A stretch of 64,000 nt of DNA from an uncultured Gemmatimonadales bacterium (GCA_963695555.1 CAVOGR010000005.1:64001-128000), one strand, 5' to 3'. Numbered from the stretch's first letter, positions 40,330 to 51,843 are shown. The notes: generated by a model from the sequence alone, not told the origin. Numbers and translations: made by a program.

Positions 40330-40935
40330 ATGGCTACCAATACGATTACTCCACAGGATATCGGCGAGCTGCGCAAGCGCACCGGCGCCGGTATGATGGA
40401 TTGCAAGCGCGCCCTCGAGGAAGCGAAGGGGGACATGCAGGCGGCGGCGGACATCCTCCGGGCCAAGGGCATCGCGAAAGCGGAGAAGCGGAGCGGGCGA
40501 AGCGCCGCCGAAGGGATCGTGGTGACGTACATCCACCACAACCAGCAGGTCGGGGTGCTGCTCGAGCTCAACTGCGAGACCGATTTCGTGGCCCGGACCG
40601 ATGACTTCCAGGCCCTCGGCCGCGATCTGGCCCTGCATGTGGCCTCCGCGGACCCGATCGGCATCACGGCCGCCGACATCCCGGCGGACATGCTGGACCG
40701 GGAGCGGCGCATCGCCGAAGAGCAGGTGGCAGCCGACGGAAAGCCGGAACACATCCGGCCCAAGATCGTGGAGGGAAAGCTCAGGAAATTCGTCGCGGAG
40801 CGGACCCTGCTCGACCAGCCGTTCGTGAAAGACGATTCGAAGACGGTGGGCGAGCTCATCAAAGAGGTGGCCGGGGCGCTGGGTGAGGCGATCGCGGTCC
40901 GACGATTCGCGCGGTTCAAAGTCGGAGAAGAGTAG
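40330..40935 (+). CDS. tsf: Elongation factor Ts (short form)
   Basis: [32 protein letters not shown]. Confidence 0.97.
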   Translation: MATNTITPQDIGELRKRTGAGMMDCKRALEEAKGDMQAAADILRAKGIAKAEKRSGRSAAEGIVVTYIHHNQQVGVLLELNCETDFVARTDDFQALGRDLALHVASADPIGITAADIPADMLDRERRIAEEQVAADGKPEHIRPKIVEGKLRKFVAERTLLDQPFVKDDSKTVGELIKEVAGALGEAIAVRRFARFKVGEE

Positions 40936-41642
40936 TGGCCGCCTACCGCCGTGCCCTTCTCAAACTCTCCGGTGAAGCGCTGGCCGGCGCGCGCGGTGTA
41001 GGGCTGGATTTCGACGCGGTGGGAGCGCTGGCCGACGAGATCGGGCGCGTCGGTGCCACCGGCCTCGCGCTCGGCGTAGTGGTTGGGGGCGGCAACATCA
41101 TTCGCGGCGCCGCGGCGAGCGCGGCGGGCCTCGACCGGGTCAACGCCGACTACATGGGCATGCTTGCCACGGTCATCAATGCGCTCGCAATGCAGGACAC
41201 TCTGGAAAAGCGCGGGGTCCATACCCGCGTCATGACCGCCATCCGGATGGAATCGCTGGCCGAGCCCTACATACGCCGCCGAGCGTTGCGGCACATGGAG
41301 AAAGGCCGCATCGTGCTCTTTGCCGGCGGCACCGGCAACCCGTTCTTCTCGACCGACACCGCGGCGGTCCTACGGGCCCTGGAAATGGAGGCGGAGGTCA
41401 TCCTGAAGGCCACGAATGTCGATGGGGTCTTCACCAGCGATCCCAAAGTCAATCCGGATGCTCAGTTCCTTCCGGAGCTTTCCTTCCACGACGCGCTGGT
41501 CAAGGGGTACGAGGTCATGGACGCGAACGCCTTTGGTCTGTGCAAGGCGAATCGCTTACCGATCGTGGTATTCAACATCAAGGAACCCGACGCCATCATG
41601 CGGACGCTGAGGGGCGAGCGGGTGGGGACGTTGGTGTCATGA
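40935..41642 (+). CDS. pyrH: UMP kinase
   Basis: [30 protein letters not shown]. Confidence 0.97.
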   Translation: MAAYRRALLKLSGEALAGARGVGLDFDAVGALADEIGRVGATGLALGVVVGGGNIIRGAAASAAGLDRVNADYMGMLATVINALAMQDTLEKRGVHTRVMTAIRMESLAEPYIRRRALRHMEKGRIVLFAGGTGNPFFSTDTAAVLRALEMEAEVILKATNVDGVFTSDPKVNPDAQFLPELSFHDALVKGYEVMDANAFGLCKANRLPIVVFNIKEPDAIMRTLRGERVGTLVS

Positions 41643-42193
41643 ATGCGATACCGGATTTGATCAAGAACGCCCGCGAGCTCATGGACAAGGCGGTTGGGAA
41701 CACGAAGCGGGAGCTCGCCACCATTCGCAGCAGCAAAGCGACGACCTCGCTGCTCGATCTGGTCAAGGTCGACGCGTATGGCAATACCATGCCGCTCAAT
41801 CAGGTGGCCATGGTCGCGGCCCCGGAAGCGCGGCTGCTGACCGTCCAGCCGTTCGATAAGTCGCTGGTGCCCGCCGTGGAGAAGGCGATCCGCGAGGCCG
41901 ACCTCGGTCTCAATCCCTCGACCCAGGGCGGGTTGATCCGGGTGCCGCTGCCGGCCCTGTCCGAGGAACGGCGTAAGGAACTGGTCCGGCTGGTCCACAA
42001 GCTCGCCGAAGAGGGGAAGGTGGCTATCCGGCACGCGCGCGGTGACTCCATCACCAAGATCAAGAAGCTCGAGCACGTGTCCGATGACGATAAGGCGCGC
42101 GCCGAGAAAGAGGTGCAGAAGCACACCAACGAGCATACGGAGCTGATCGACTCATTGGTGCAGGGCAAAGAAGCCGAAATCATGGAAGTGTAG
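41639..42193 (+). CDS. frr: Ribosome recycling factor
   Basis: VDAYG...[24 protein letters not shown]. Confidence 0.96.
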   Translation: MNAIPDLIKNARELMDKAVGNTKRELATIRSSKATTSLLDLVKVDAYGNTMPLNQVAMVAAPEARLLTVQPFDKSLVPAVEKAIREADLGLNPSTQGGLIRVPLPALSEERRKELVRLVHKLAEEGKVAIRHARGDSITKIKKLEHVSDDDKARAEKEVQKHTNEHTELIDSLVQGKEAEIMEV

Positions 42194-42198
42194 TGTCG

Positions 42199-42939
42199 AT
42201 GACCGAGGATGCTCTCCGCCAACTCACGGTGAACGGCGCGGTGCCCGCGCACATAGCCATCATCATGGACGGCAACGGTCGCTGGGCCACCGAACGGGCC
42301 CTGCCCAGGCCGTTGGGCCATCGCGCCGGCATGAAGGCCGTGCGGGAGGTGGTGGAAGGGGCACTCGAAGCGGGCGTCAAGGTCCTGACCCTCTTTGCCT
42401 TCAGCCAAGAGAACTGGAAGCGACCGCCGGACGAAATCCAGGCCCTGATGTCGCTCCTCGAGCATTACATCGCCAAGGAGCTGAACGAGCTGCGCAAGAA
42501 CGGGGTGGCCGTGTCGGTGATCGGCGATGTCGCCCGGTTGGGCGCGCCGGCGCGAGCGGCGGTCGATCGGATCGTGACCGAGACCACAGGCGGCAAGGCG
42601 CTCGCCCTCAATCTGTGCATCTCGTACGGCTCTCGAGCGGAAATCACGGAGGCCGCCCGCCGCCTGGCGGAGGACGTCGCCACCGGACGACTCGCTCCAG
42701 CCGACATCACGGAGGAGCGCTTTGCCCAGCAGCTCCAAACCGCACGCTGGCCCGACCCCGATCTCCTGATTCGAACGTCCGGCGAACTCCGGCTTTCGAA
42801 TTTTCTCCTCTGGCAGCTGGCGTATGCCGAGCTCTACATCACGCCCAAGCTCTGGCCTGACTTCACCCGACACGATCTCTTCGACGCCATCCTGGAGTTC
42901 CAACGGCGCGATCGGCGGTTCGGTCGCGTCACCGTGTGA
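42199..42939 (+). CDS. uppS: Undecaprenyl diphosphate synthase
   Basis: HIAIIMDGNGRWA; FSQENWKRP; DLLIRTSGELRLSNFLLWQ. Confidence 0.96.
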   Translation: MTEDALRQLTVNGAVPAHIAIIMDGNGRWATERALPRPLGHRAGMKAVREVVEGALEAGVKVLTLFAFSQENWKRPPDEIQALMSLLEHYIAKELNELRKNGVAVSVIGDVARLGAPARAAVDRIVTETTGGKALALNLCISYGSRAEITEAARRLAEDVATGRLAPADITEERFAQQLQTARWPDPDLLIRTSGELRLSNFLLWQLAYAELYITPKLWPDFTRHDLFDAILEFQRRDRRFGRVTV

Positions 42940-43805
42940 TGGATCGCAATCTCATCCAACGAATCAGCGTGGTCGTGGTCGCCGTTCCGGTGGCCGTGCT
43001 GTTGGTGTACCAGGGTGGTGTTGCGCTTGCCCTGGCACTCGCCGCCGTCGGTTCGCTCGGCGCCCGGGAGGTCTTCAGCCTGGCGCGGAAGGGTGGGGTG
43101 GACGCCGTGCCCAGCCTGGGACTCGTTGGCGCCGCGGCTCCGTCCTTGGTGGCCTACGCTCTGCTGGCCGGTGGCCCCATGAGCAACGTCGGGGCCCGCG
43201 TCTGGATCACCATGAGCGCGCTGCTGGTCCTTTTCATTCTCTCCTTCGTGTTGCTCACCCGCCGCCCCGACCAGAAACCGCTCGCGGCCGCCGCCGTGAC
43301 GCTGTTCGGCATCGTGTACGCCGGTGCGCTGCCGGCCTTCGTGCTGATCATGAGGCATGGCTATGAGGGCCCGCGATCGTGGCCGGGGGTGGCGCTGGTT
43401 TTCTTTCCGCTTGTGATCGTGTGGGTGTGTGACTCCGCGGCCATGTTCGGCGGCCGGGCAATCGGCGGGCCGAAGCTCGCTCCCACGGTGAGCCCGGGCA
43501 AGACGCGCTCGGGGGCGCTGATGGGTGTCGTCGGGGCAGTAGCGGTCGTCCCCCTCTATCAAGCGATCGTGCTCCGGCCGGCAGGGATCGACATGGTGTG
43601 GTGGCAGGGCTTCCTGCTCGGCGCGATCCTCGGCGTGGTCGGACAGATCGGCGACCTGGTCGAATCTCTCCTGAAGCGGGAAGCCGGGGTGAAGGATTCC
43701 AGCGCGCTCATTCCGGGTCACGGCGGTGTGCTCGACCGGCTGGATTCCCTCTATTTTGCGCTTCCGGTAGCCACCATGCTGTACCTCAGCTTCGGTGTCC
43801 TCTGA
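42939..43805 (+). CDS. cdsA: Phosphatidate cytidylyltransferase
   Basis: SPGKT; GDLVESLLKREAGVKDS..IPGHGGVLDRLDS. Confidence 0.95.
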   Translation: MDRNLIQRISVVVVAVPVAVLLVYQGGVALALALAAVGSLGAREVFSLARKGGVDAVPSLGLVGAAAPSLVAYALLAGGPMSNVGARVWITMSALLVLFILSFVLLTRRPDQKPLAAAAVTLFGIVYAGALPAFVLIMRHGYEGPRSWPGVALVFFPLVIVWVCDSAAMFGGRAIGGPKLAPTVSPGKTRSGALMGVVGAVAVVPLYQAIVLRPAGIDMVWWQGFLLGAILGVVGQIGDLVESLLKREAGVKDSSALIPGHGGVLDRLDSLYFALPVATMLYLSFGVL

Positions 43806-44917
43806 TGCGCGGCGTTGCCGTGCTGGGCTCGACCGGTTCAATCGGGCGGAGCACCCTGGAAGTGCTGCGCCGCCAGCGCGATCACTTCCGACTCGTGGCG
43901 CTCACGGCCGGACGGAACCGCGAGTTACTGGAAGGACAGGTTCGGGAGTGGCAGCCGGCTTTCGCCGGGCTGGTCCATGAGAATGGCCCGAACGGCCCGG
44001 CCCGACCCGAGGTCCTCATCGAGGCGGCCACGCGGCCGGACGTCGACATCGTGGTCAACGCCGTGGTTGGAGCGGTGGGGCTCGATGCCACGCTGGCGGC
44101 CTTGCGCGCAGGCAAGCGGGTGGCGCTCGCCAATAAGGAAACGATGGTGATGGCTGGCGAGCTGGTGGCTCAGGCCGCGGCGGCGGGCGGTGGCGAAGTC
44201 GTGCCGGTGGACTCCGAGCACAACGCGGTCCTCCAGTGCATCACGGGACAGGAGCAGGCGCTGTGCCGGCTGATTTTGACCGCGTCTGGGGGACCGTTCC
44301 GCGAGTGGCCGGCCGACCAGCTGCAGCATGCCAGCGTGGAAGACGCCCTGTGCCACCCGACGTGGAAGATGGGAGACAAGATCACCGTCGACAGCGCGAC
44401 CCTGGTCAACAAGGCCTTGGAGTTGATTGAAGCACACTATCTGTTCGGCCTGTCCTACGACGCGCTCGAGGTCGTGGTCCACCCGCAAAGCATCATCCAT
44501 GCCTTCGTCGAGTTCCAGGATGGCAGCGTCATCGCGCAACTCGGGTTCCCCTCGATGGAGCTACCGATTCTCTACGCCCTCACCCACCCGACCAGGCTGG
44601 CCGATTCGGGAACGCGCCGTTTCGATCCCGTCGCCGCCGGCCCACTGACCTTCGAGCCTGTCCGGTCGGACGCGTTCGGCGCGTTCCGCGCCGGGGTCGC
44701 GGCTGGACGAGCGGGTGGAACCGCTCCGGCCGTGTTCAATGCGGCGAATGAAGTGGCCGTCGAGGCGTTCCTGGACCGGCGCCTGGGGTTTGCCCAGATC
44801 GGCGACCTGATCGAGCACGTCTTGGAGGGTCACAGCGTGGTGCCGGCTGACTCGATCGACGCCGTGCGGTCCGCGGATGACTGGGCCCGAGCCCGGGTGC
44901 GGGAGCTGATTCGATGA
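43805..44917 (+). CDS. dxr: 1-deoxy-D-xylulose-5-phosphate reductoisomerase
   Basis: LGSTGSIG; LANKE; PVDSEH; HPTWKMG.KITVDSATLVNK. Confidence 0.96.
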   Translation: MRGVAVLGSTGSIGRSTLEVLRRQRDHFRLVALTAGRNRELLEGQVREWQPAFAGLVHENGPNGPARPEVLIEAATRPDVDIVVNAVVGAVGLDATLAALRAGKRVALANKETMVMAGELVAQAAAAGGGEVVPVDSEHNAVLQCITGQEQALCRLILTASGGPFREWPADQLQHASVEDALCHPTWKMGDKITVDSATLVNKALELIEAHYLFGLSYDALEVVVHPQSIIHAFVEFQDGSVIAQLGFPSMELPILYALTHPTRLADSGTRRFDPVAAGPLTFEPVRSDAFGAFRAGVAAGRAGGTAPAVFNAANEVAVEAFLDRRLGFAQIGDLIEHVLEGHSVVPADSIDAVRSADDWARARVRELIR

Positions 44918-46296
44918 GCGCGCTGTACGCGGTCGGCGCCCTCGTGGTGGTGCTCGGTGTGTTGGTCTTCGTTCATGAGGCCGGCCACTTCGTGGCGGCC
45001 AAACTGGCCGGCATCTTCGTGCATCGATTCTCATTGGGACTCGGCACCCCGGTGCCGTGGCTCACCTTCCGGCGTGGCGGGACCGAGTACTCGGTCTCCT
45101 GGTTGCCGCTCGGCGGGTATGTGAAGATGGCCACCAAGGAAGAGGACGCGACCAGCAGCGCCTTGGAAGGCGGGGCGGCCGAGGTCGAGGTGCCGCCGGA
45201 TGGCTACTTCGAGTCCAAACCCGTCTGGGTCCGGATGGTGGTCATCCTCGCGGGCGTGGTGATGAACGCTCTCTTCGCCTGGGCCGCCTTCTCCTTCCTG
45301 GTGGCCAAGAACGGGATCGGGGTAAACCCCGTGACCACGGTGGGCCAGGTGGTGGATAGTCTGCTCCCGCCCGAGGGCGCACCTCTGAAGCAGCTCCAAA
45401 GCGGCGACCGGATCGTCGCGGTGGCCGGGGAGCCGGTGGCGAGTTGGAACGAGATCGTCGAGCGCATCGGATCAGCGCCTGGCGATTCGGTTGTCATCGA
45501 CGTCGCTGGTAAACCGTCCATCGTCCTGGCCATCCACCACGACGCGCTCGATGCGCGCCTTCGCACGGCCATAGCCCTCCAGCCCTGGCAGCCGTCGGTG
45601 GTCGGTGACGTGCTGCCGGATCGCCCGGCCGCGAGCGCCGGACTGACTTCCGGCGACACCATCTTGGCGATCGGCGGCAAGGAAGTGCGCCAGTGGGGCG
45701 AAGTGGTCGATGTCATCGAGCAAAACGCCGGCAACGAGCTCGAACTCCTCATCGGCCGAACTGGAAATCGGATTCGCACCACCGCAACGCCTGCCCCTGA
45801 AGAGGTGACGGATCCGGACGGCACCACCCGCACGGTCGGAAAACTGGGCTTCCGGTTTCAGCCCCTGATCGAGTACCAGGAGCTCTCGTTCGGCGGCGCG
45901 CTCGTCGCCGGGTGGGACGAAATGGTGAATCAGTCGACGCTCGTGGTCCGCACCGTCCGGGGCATGTTCTCCGGCCGGGTGTCGAGCCGTGAGGTGGGCG
46001 GGCCGATCCTGATCGGCCAGATCGCCGGCCAGGCCGCCCGGCTCGGCTTCGACCAATTCCTGTTCTTCATGGGAATCATCTCGATCAACCTGGCGGTGCT
46101 CAATTTGCTTCCCATACCCGTCCTCGACGGCGGCCAGTTCCTCTTCCTCCTGGCCGAGGGGGTATTGCGCCGGCCCTTGTCGCTGAAGCTGCGGGAGCGC
46201 CTGACGGCGGTTGGGCTGGTGCTGGTGATCACCCTCATGGGGCTCGCCTTCTGGAACGACATCTCCCGGCTTCTGACCCGGTACCTGGGCGGATGA
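44914..46296 (+). CDS. rseP: RIP metalloprotease RseP with two PDZ domains
   Basis: [24 protein letters not shown]. Confidence 0.95.
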   Translation: MSALYAVGALVVVLGVLVFVHEAGHFVAAKLAGIFVHRFSLGLGTPVPWLTFRRGGTEYSVSWLPLGGYVKMATKEEDATSSALEGGAAEVEVPPDGYFESKPVWVRMVVILAGVVMNALFAWAAFSFLVAKNGIGVNPVTTVGQVVDSLLPPEGAPLKQLQSGDRIVAVAGEPVASWNEIVERIGSAPGDSVVIDVAGKPSIVLAIHHDALDARLRTAIALQPWQPSVVGDVLPDRPAASAGLTSGDTILAIGGKEVRQWGEVVDVIEQNAGNELELLIGRTGNRIRTTATPAPEEVTDPDGTTRTVGKLGFRFQPLIEYQELSFGGALVAGWDEMVNQSTLVVRTVRGMFSGRVSSREVGGPILIGQIAGQAARLGFDQFLFFMGIISINLAVLNLLPIPVLDGGQFLFLLAEGVLRRPLSLKLRERLTAVGLVLVITLMGLAFWNDISRLLTRYLGG

Positions 46297-46373
46297 AGCC
46301 TGGCGCGGGCGCCTGCGGGGCGTATTGGGCGGTGGGGTGGCCGGGGCCCGGTCGGACTCTTGCGACAGGGGCG

Positions 46374-46402
46374 TTGCCAGGGTTAGCTTTCTCTGCTACA
46401 AC
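46374..46402 (+). promoter_or_regulatory. Sigma70-like promoter of rpsO-pnp
   Basis: TTGCCA-N17-TACAAC with extended -10 TG. Confidence 0.5.
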
Positions 46403-46459
46403 AGATTGCAGATTCACGAGTTGGGTGCCGTTGCCCCGTTACTTTGGAACTACGTCCGC

Positions 46460-46720
46460 ATGACCTTCGACAAGCAAACCGTGGTCGCCAGCCATCAGAG
46501 CCACGATCGCGACACGGGATCGACCAGAGTGCAGGTGGCGCTCCTCACCGAGCGGATCAATTCCCTCACGGATCACTTCCGGACCCATCCCAAGGACCAC
46601 CATAGCCGTCAGGGTCTCTTGAAGATGGTCGGCACGCGCCGCCGTCTCCTGAATTATCTCAAGCGAACCGACCTCGTCGGCTACCGCGCCCTCATCGAAG
46701 AGCTGGGGTTGCGCCATTAG
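46460..46720 (+). CDS. rpsO: 30S ribosomal protein S15
   Basis: [13 protein letters not shown]...[22 protein letters not shown]. Confidence 0.97.
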   Translation: MTFDKQTVVASHQSHDRDTGSTRVQVALLTERINSLTDHFRTHPKDHHSRQGLLKMVGTRRRLLNYLKRTDLVGYRALIEELGLRH

Positions 46721-46735
46721 TCCGACAGGTTGGCG

Positions 46736-46773
46736 AGGGCGCCCCGACTGAGTACACAGGGCGCCCTTTCTTC
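46736..46773 (+). terminator. Hairpin/terminator between rpsO and pnp
   Basis: AGGGCGCCC...GGGCGCCCT followed by TTCTT. Confidence 0.6.
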
Positions 46774-46805
46774 ATGTCTGTACTCGTCTCTATAAGGTTA
46801 CATAC

Positions 46806-48887
46806 GTGCATAGGATTGAAACTGAATTCGCCGGCCGGAAGCTCGTCGTCGAAACCGGCCGGATGGCCAAGCAGGCGGCGGGGTCCGCCTATCTCCAGTT
46901 CGGCGACACGGCGGTCCTCGCGGCCGTCACCGTCTCGCCAAACATCTCATCGCTCCCGTTCTTTCCCCTCACGGTAGAGTACCGCGAAAAGACCTACGCG
47001 GCGGGGAAGATTCCCGGAGGCTTCATCAAACGCGAGGGGCGCCCGTCCGAAAAGGAAATCCTCGCCTGCCGGCTCATCGATCGGTCCATTCGTCCGCTCT
47101 TTCCGGAAGGTTTCAAGAACGAGATCCAGGTTTTCGTGACGGTGCTGTCCGCGGACCAGGAGAACGATGCGGACGTGCTCGGGCTGTTGGGTGCCTCGCT
47201 GGCGCTCACCATCTCCAACGTGCCGTGGAACGGTCCCATCGCCGGCGTCAGGGTCGGACGGGTCGACGGCAATTGGATCTTGAACCCGACGTTCCATCAG
47301 CTGGAAGTCTCGGAGCTCGACTTGATCGTCAGCGGCAAGGCCGACTCGATCGTCATGGTCGAGGGCGGGGCGCTGGAACTGGGCGAGGACGACGTGATCG
47401 GCGCGCTGAAAGTGGCGCAGAAGGGCATCGTGGAGCTCGTTGGGATCGTGAACGAGGTCAGCGCCAAGTGCGCCGTCGAGAAGATGGCGTGGACCAAGCC
47501 CACTCCCGACCCGGCCATTGTCGCGCGGGTCCGGGCCGTGGCGGAGGAGCCGATCCGGCAGGCCATCAACGGCGCGGACAAGGCAACCAGGGCTGCCAAC
47601 GTCAAGATGGTCAAGGCCGATGTGGCCGCGCGGCTGATCGAGGAGTTCCCGGACGCCGCGCGTGACATCGCGACGGAGCTCGGGGAAATCGAGTACGTCG
47701 CCATGCGGGAACAGGTTCTGGAGCAGGGCGAACGCGTGGATGGGCGCAAGCTCGACGCCGTGCGCCCCATCGCGGTCGATGTCGGGCTCCTTCCCCGAAC
47801 GCATGGATCGGCACTCTTCACCCGGGGGCAGACCCAGGCCCTCGTCGCGGTCACGCTTGGGACGGCGGATGATGAACAACGCATCGATAGCATCGACGTC
47901 GCCGGTGAAACGACCAAGTCGTTCATGCTGCACTACAATTTCCCGCCCTTCGCCACGGGCGAAGTCAAGATGATCCGCGGCACGAGCCGCCGGGAGATCG
48001 GGCACGGCACCTTGGCCGAACGAGCGCTCCAACCACTCCTTCCGAATTACGAGGAATTCCCCTACACCCTGCGGATAGTCTCAGAAGTGCTCGAGTCCAA
48101 TGGGTCGAGCTCCATGGCGACGGTGTGCGGCGGGGCGCTGGCCCTGATGGATGCCGGCGTGCCGATCAAGGCTCCGTGTGCCGGGGTGGCCATGGGACTG
48201 GTCAAGGAAGGCGCCCGGGTTGCCGTGCTCACCGACATTCTGGGCTCGGAAGATCACTTGGGCGACATGGACTTCAAGGTCGCGGGCACCGCCGACGGCA
48301 TCACGTCCATTCAAATGGATATCAAAATCGAGGGCCTCGACCTCAAAGTCATGAAGGACGCCCTCGAGCGCGCGCGGAAGGCGCGGCTCCACATCCTCAA
48401 GGAAATGGCCAAGACCATCTCCTCGGCGCGGCCCGAGCTGTCGCCCTATGCACCCCGCATCTTGAGCATCCAGATCAAGCCGGACAAGATCGGCGATCTG
48501 ATCGGTCCCAAGGGGAAGACCATTCGCGGAATTCAGGATACCACCGGCGCTCGCATCAACGTGGACGATTCCGGCATGGTGACCGTCTCCTCGGTCGGAG
48601 GAGAGGGGGGCGAGAAGGCCCTCGCGATGATCCGCGCGATCGTGACCGAACCCGAGGTCGGGAAGACCTACGAAGGGCCGGTGAAGAGCACCACGGCGTT
48701 CGGTGCCTTCGTCGAGATCCTCCCCGGGGTCGAGGGATTGCTCCACATCAGTGAGCTACAACATGCCCGAACCGAACGGACCGAAGACGTCGTGAAGCGC
48801 GGCGACGTGGTCAAGGTGAAGCTGCTCGAAGTCGACGAGCGCGGGCGCATGAAGCTCTCCCGGAAGGCCCTGCTGCCGAAGGAATGA
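46806..48887 (+). CDS. pnp: Polyribonucleotide nucleotidyltransferase
   Basis: FFPLTVEY; RSIRPLFP; FTRGQTQ; SNGSSSMA; GDMDFKVAG; KH and S1 domains. Confidence 0.98.
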   Translation: MHRIETEFAGRKLVVETGRMAKQAAGSAYLQFGDTAVLAAVTVSPNISSLPFFPLTVEYREKTYAAGKIPGGFIKREGRPSEKEILACRLIDRSIRPLFPEGFKNEIQVFVTVLSADQENDADVLGLLGASLALTISNVPWNGPIAGVRVGRVDGNWILNPTFHQLEVSELDLIVSGKADSIVMVEGGALELGEDDVIGALKVAQKGIVELVGIVNEVSAKCAVEKMAWTKPTPDPAIVARVRAVAEEPIRQAINGADKATRAANVKMVKADVAARLIEEFPDAARDIATELGEIEYVAMREQVLEQGERVDGRKLDAVRPIAVDVGLLPRTHGSALFTRGQTQALVAVTLGTADDEQRIDSIDVAGETTKSFMLHYNFPPFATGEVKMIRGTSRREIGHGTLAERALQPLLPNYEEFPYTLRIVSEVLESNGSSSMATVCGGALALMDAGVPIKAPCAGVAMGLVKEGARVAVLTDILGSEDHLGDMDFKVAGTADGITSIQMDIKIEGLDLKVMKDALERARKARLHILKEMAKTISSARPELSPYAPRILSIQIKPDKIGDLIGPKGKTIRGIQDTTGARINVDDSGMVTVSSVGGEGGEKALAMIRAIVTEPEVGKTYEGPVKSTTAFGAFVEILPGVEGLLHISELQHARTERTEDVVKRGDVVKVKLLEVDERGRMKLSRKALLPKE

Positions 48888-48891
48888 AGGC

Positions 48892-50160
48892 GTGGAGACC
48901 ATACAGCTCGACACGGGGCTGTTCCGGACCCGCGCCGCTAATGGCCTGACGGTTCTCTCCGAGGCCCTGCCCGGGGCGCGCTCCGTTGCGATGGGCATCT
49001 GGGTGCGAGCGGCCAGCGCTCACGAGCTGCGGTCCAAGATGGGGGTCTCCCATCTGCTCGAGCACATGGTCTTCAAAGGCACCGACCAGCGCACGGCCAA
49101 GCAAATCGCCCTGGAGCTCGAAGTCCGGGGCGGCTCGCTCGACGCCTATACCAGCCGAGATCACACCAGCTACCAAGCCCAGGTTCTCGACCACGACCTC
49201 CCGGTCGCGGTCGAGATCCTGACCGATCTGGTTCGGCACCCCCTGCTCCGAGAGGTGGACCTGATCCCGGAGCGCAATGTGGTGTTGGAGGAGATCAACG
49301 GCGTAATGGATACGCCGGACGACCTGGTGTTCGAGATTCTCGGAGAGGTGCTCTGGCCAAACCACCCCTATGGCTTCTCCATACTTGGCACGGCGGAAAC
49401 CGTTGGTGGCCTCTCCGCGGAGGATCTCCGGGCCCGCCACCAATGGGGTTACTACCCCGCCAACATGGTCATGGTTGCCGCCGGTCGGGTCGAGCACGAG
49501 ACCATCCTCGAACTCTTGGAGCGGCAGGGGTGGTTCGACGCCCAATCCGAGACCAAGCCTCGCGACAGCGCGGTGTCGACCCCGGCAGTCCAGGGGGCAA
49601 CCCGCCAAGCGCACAAGGACACCACCCAAGCGCACGTCGCCTTCGCCACGGACACCTTTCCGTATGCCAATCCGCGGCGATATGCCATGACGATCCTGAC
49701 GAACACGTTCGGCGGCGGGATGTCGAGCCGCCTGTTCCAGCGGATCCGGGAAGAACTCGGCCTGGCGTACTCGGTGTACGCCTTCCAACAGTTCTACCAG
49801 TCATCGGGCACCTGCGGGGTGTACATTGGGACTCAGCCGGCAACGGCCGGGGCGGCCATCGACGCTATCCGCCGGGAGTACCAGCGCCTCGGGAGCGAAG
49901 GGCTGGACCCCCAGGAGACGGAGGATGGCAAGCGCCAGCTCCAGGGACAGGTCATCCTGTCCCTGGAGACGCCGCAGAGTCGCATGGCGCGGCTTGCCAG
50001 CATCGAGCTTCAGGGAGAGCAATACCGCTCCGTCGATGAGGTGCTCCGGACGATCGACGCGGTGGAGCGCGACGACCTGGCGGCTCTTGCCGAGGAGTAC
50101 TGGGCACCGGACCGCCAGACCATGGTGTGGTTGGGGCCCCATGAGCCGCCAGTCGTGTGA
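48892..50160 (+). CDS. M16 family zinc peptidase
   Basis: HLLEHMVFKGT (HxxEH); GGGMSSRLFQ.IREE.GLAYSV. Confidence 0.93.
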   Translation: METIQLDTGLFRTRAANGLTVLSEALPGARSVAMGIWVRAASAHELRSKMGVSHLLEHMVFKGTDQRTAKQIALELEVRGGSLDAYTSRDHTSYQAQVLDHDLPVAVEILTDLVRHPLLREVDLIPERNVVLEEINGVMDTPDDLVFEILGEVLWPNHPYGFSILGTAETVGGLSAEDLRARHQWGYYPANMVMVAAGRVEHETILELLERQGWFDAQSETKPRDSAVSTPAVQGATRQAHKDTTQAHVAFATDTFPYANPRRYAMTILTNTFGGGMSSRLFQRIREELGLAYSVYAFQQFYQSSGTCGVYIGTQPATAGAAIDAIRREYQRLGSEGLDPQETEDGKRQLQGQVILSLETPQSRMARLASIELQGEQYRSVDEVLRTIDAVERDDLAALAEEYWAPDRQTMVWLGPHEPPVV

Positions 50161-50220
50161 AGTAGCTCCAGTGGAAGGTCAATTCAGCAGGCGACTTACT
50201 TCTTTTCTCGGGGTTGATCG

Positions 50221-51333
50221 ATGCGCATAGGCGTACCCAAGGAGATCAAGGCGAACGAGAACCGCATCGCGCTGGTCCCAGCCGGTGTCTCGGCGTTTGT
50301 CGCGGCCGGGCATTCAGTAGTGGTCGAAGCGGGCGCAGGTATCGGCAGCGGGTTCGAGGACGACGCCTACCGCGATGCCGGCGCCGAGCTGACCTCGCAG
50401 GTGGACGAGCTCTGGCGCCGGGCCGATCTCATCATGAAGGTGAAAGAGCCCATCGCGGTGGAATGGCCGAGAATGCGGCAGGGCCAGGTTATCTACACCT
50501 ACTTCCATTTTGCCGCGTCGGAGCCCTTGACCCAGGCCGTAATCAAGTCAGGTGCGGTGGCGGTGGCCTATGAGACGGTCCAGCTCGCCAACGGCGAGCT
50601 CCCGCTCCTGACTCCCATGTCGGAGGTGGCCGGCCGTATGGCGGTCCAAGAGGGTGCCAAGTATTTGGAAAAGATCTTCGGTGGGAGTGGGATCTTGCTT
50701 GGTGGCGTCCCAGGCGTGGTTCCGGGCGAGGTCGTGATTCTTGGTGGCGGGGTCGTGGGGACCAATGCGGCACAGATTGCCGCCGGTCTCGGGGCGCATG
50801 TGACCATTCTCGACATCGACCTGCCCCGGCTTCGCTACCTGGCGCACGTGCTTCCAGCGAACGTCGATACCGTGTACTCCAACCGGCACAATATCCTCGA
50901 TGCGATCCGCCGGGCCGACCTGGTGGTTGGTGCGGTGTTGCTGCCCGGCGCCAAGGCGCCGAGCCTGGTGACCCGGGAGGATCTGAAAGAAATGAAGCCG
51001 GGCTCGGTCATTGTGGATGTCGCGGTTGATCAGGGAGGATGCGTGGAGACGATCCGCCCCACCACCCATGAGGATCCCACCTATTTCGTGGATGGCATCC
51101 TGCACTACGGGGTGGCGAATATGCCGGGTGCGGTACCCCGGACATCGACCCTGGCGTTGACGAATGCCACGCTCCGCTACGGCCTGCGTCTTGCACAGTC
51201 CGGGTGGAAGTCCGCTTGCCGGGCCGATCGGGCGCTCAAACTGGGGCTCAACATCGTGGAAGGCAAGGTGGTGTATCCCGGCGTTGCCGAGGCCTTCAAC
51301 CTTCCGCTGGTCGACGTGGACAAGGTGGTCTGA
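50221..51333 (+). CDS. ald: Alanine dehydrogenase
   Basis: GVPKEIK..ENR; PLLTPMSEVAGR; DVAVDQGGC; YGVANMPGAV. Confidence 0.96.
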   Translation: MRIGVPKEIKANENRIALVPAGVSAFVAAGHSVVVEAGAGIGSGFEDDAYRDAGAELTSQVDELWRRADLIMKVKEPIAVEWPRMRQGQVIYTYFHFAASEPLTQAVIKSGAVAVAYETVQLANGELPLLTPMSEVAGRMAVQEGAKYLEKIFGGSGILLGGVPGVVPGEVVILGGGVVGTNAAQIAAGLGAHVTILDIDLPRLRYLAHVLPANVDTVYSNRHNILDAIRRADLVVGAVLLPGAKAPSLVTREDLKEMKPGSVIVDVAVDQGGCVETIRPTTHEDPTYFVDGILHYGVANMPGAVPRTSTLALTNATLRYGLRLAQSGWKSACRADRALKLGLNIVEGKVVYPGVAEAFNLPLVDVDKVV

Positions 51334-51337
51334 CCCG

Positions 51338-51775
51338 GTGGTCGAGGTGCTGATCGCTCGGCTGCCCCACGCCGAGGGCCTCCCGCTCCCGAGTTTGGCA
51401 ACACCCGGCTCGGCCGGGTATGACTTGGCGAGCGCAGAGACCGCCACCCTCCAGCCAATGGAGCGGAAGCTGATCAGGACCGGGCTCCAAATTGCGCTGC
51501 CACCGGGCTATGAATGCCAGCTCAGGCCCCGATCCGGGCTGGCGCTTCGGGACGGCATTACCCTGCCCAACACCCCGGCCACGATCGACAGCGATTACCG
51601 GGGGGAGCTGATGGTGGCGCTGGTGAATCTGGGTGACAGGCCGTTTGAGGTGACCCGGGGGATGCGGATCGCGCAAATGGTCGTGGCGCCCGTGGTGCGG
51701 GTCCGGTTTCAGCCTGTCGAAGGCCTGCCCGTGTCCGAGCGCGGTGAAGGAGGCTTTGGCAGCACTGGGTGCTGA
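51338..51775 (+). CDS. dut: dUTP diphosphatase
   Basis: SAGYDL; RPRSGLA; TIDSDYRGE; RIAQ; RGEGGFGSTG. Confidence 0.95.
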   Translation: MVEVLIARLPHAEGLPLPSLATPGSAGYDLASAETATLQPMERKLIRTGLQIALPPGYECQLRPRSGLALRDGITLPNTPATIDSDYRGELMVALVNLGDRPFEVTRGMRIAQMVVAPVVRVRFQPVEGLPVSERGEGGFGSTGC

Positions 51776-51843
51776 GGGTGGGCTGTCCCGCGGGGACCCC
51801 GCTCATTAGCTTACAGCTTTTCCGGTGATATGGTCGGTCACAC

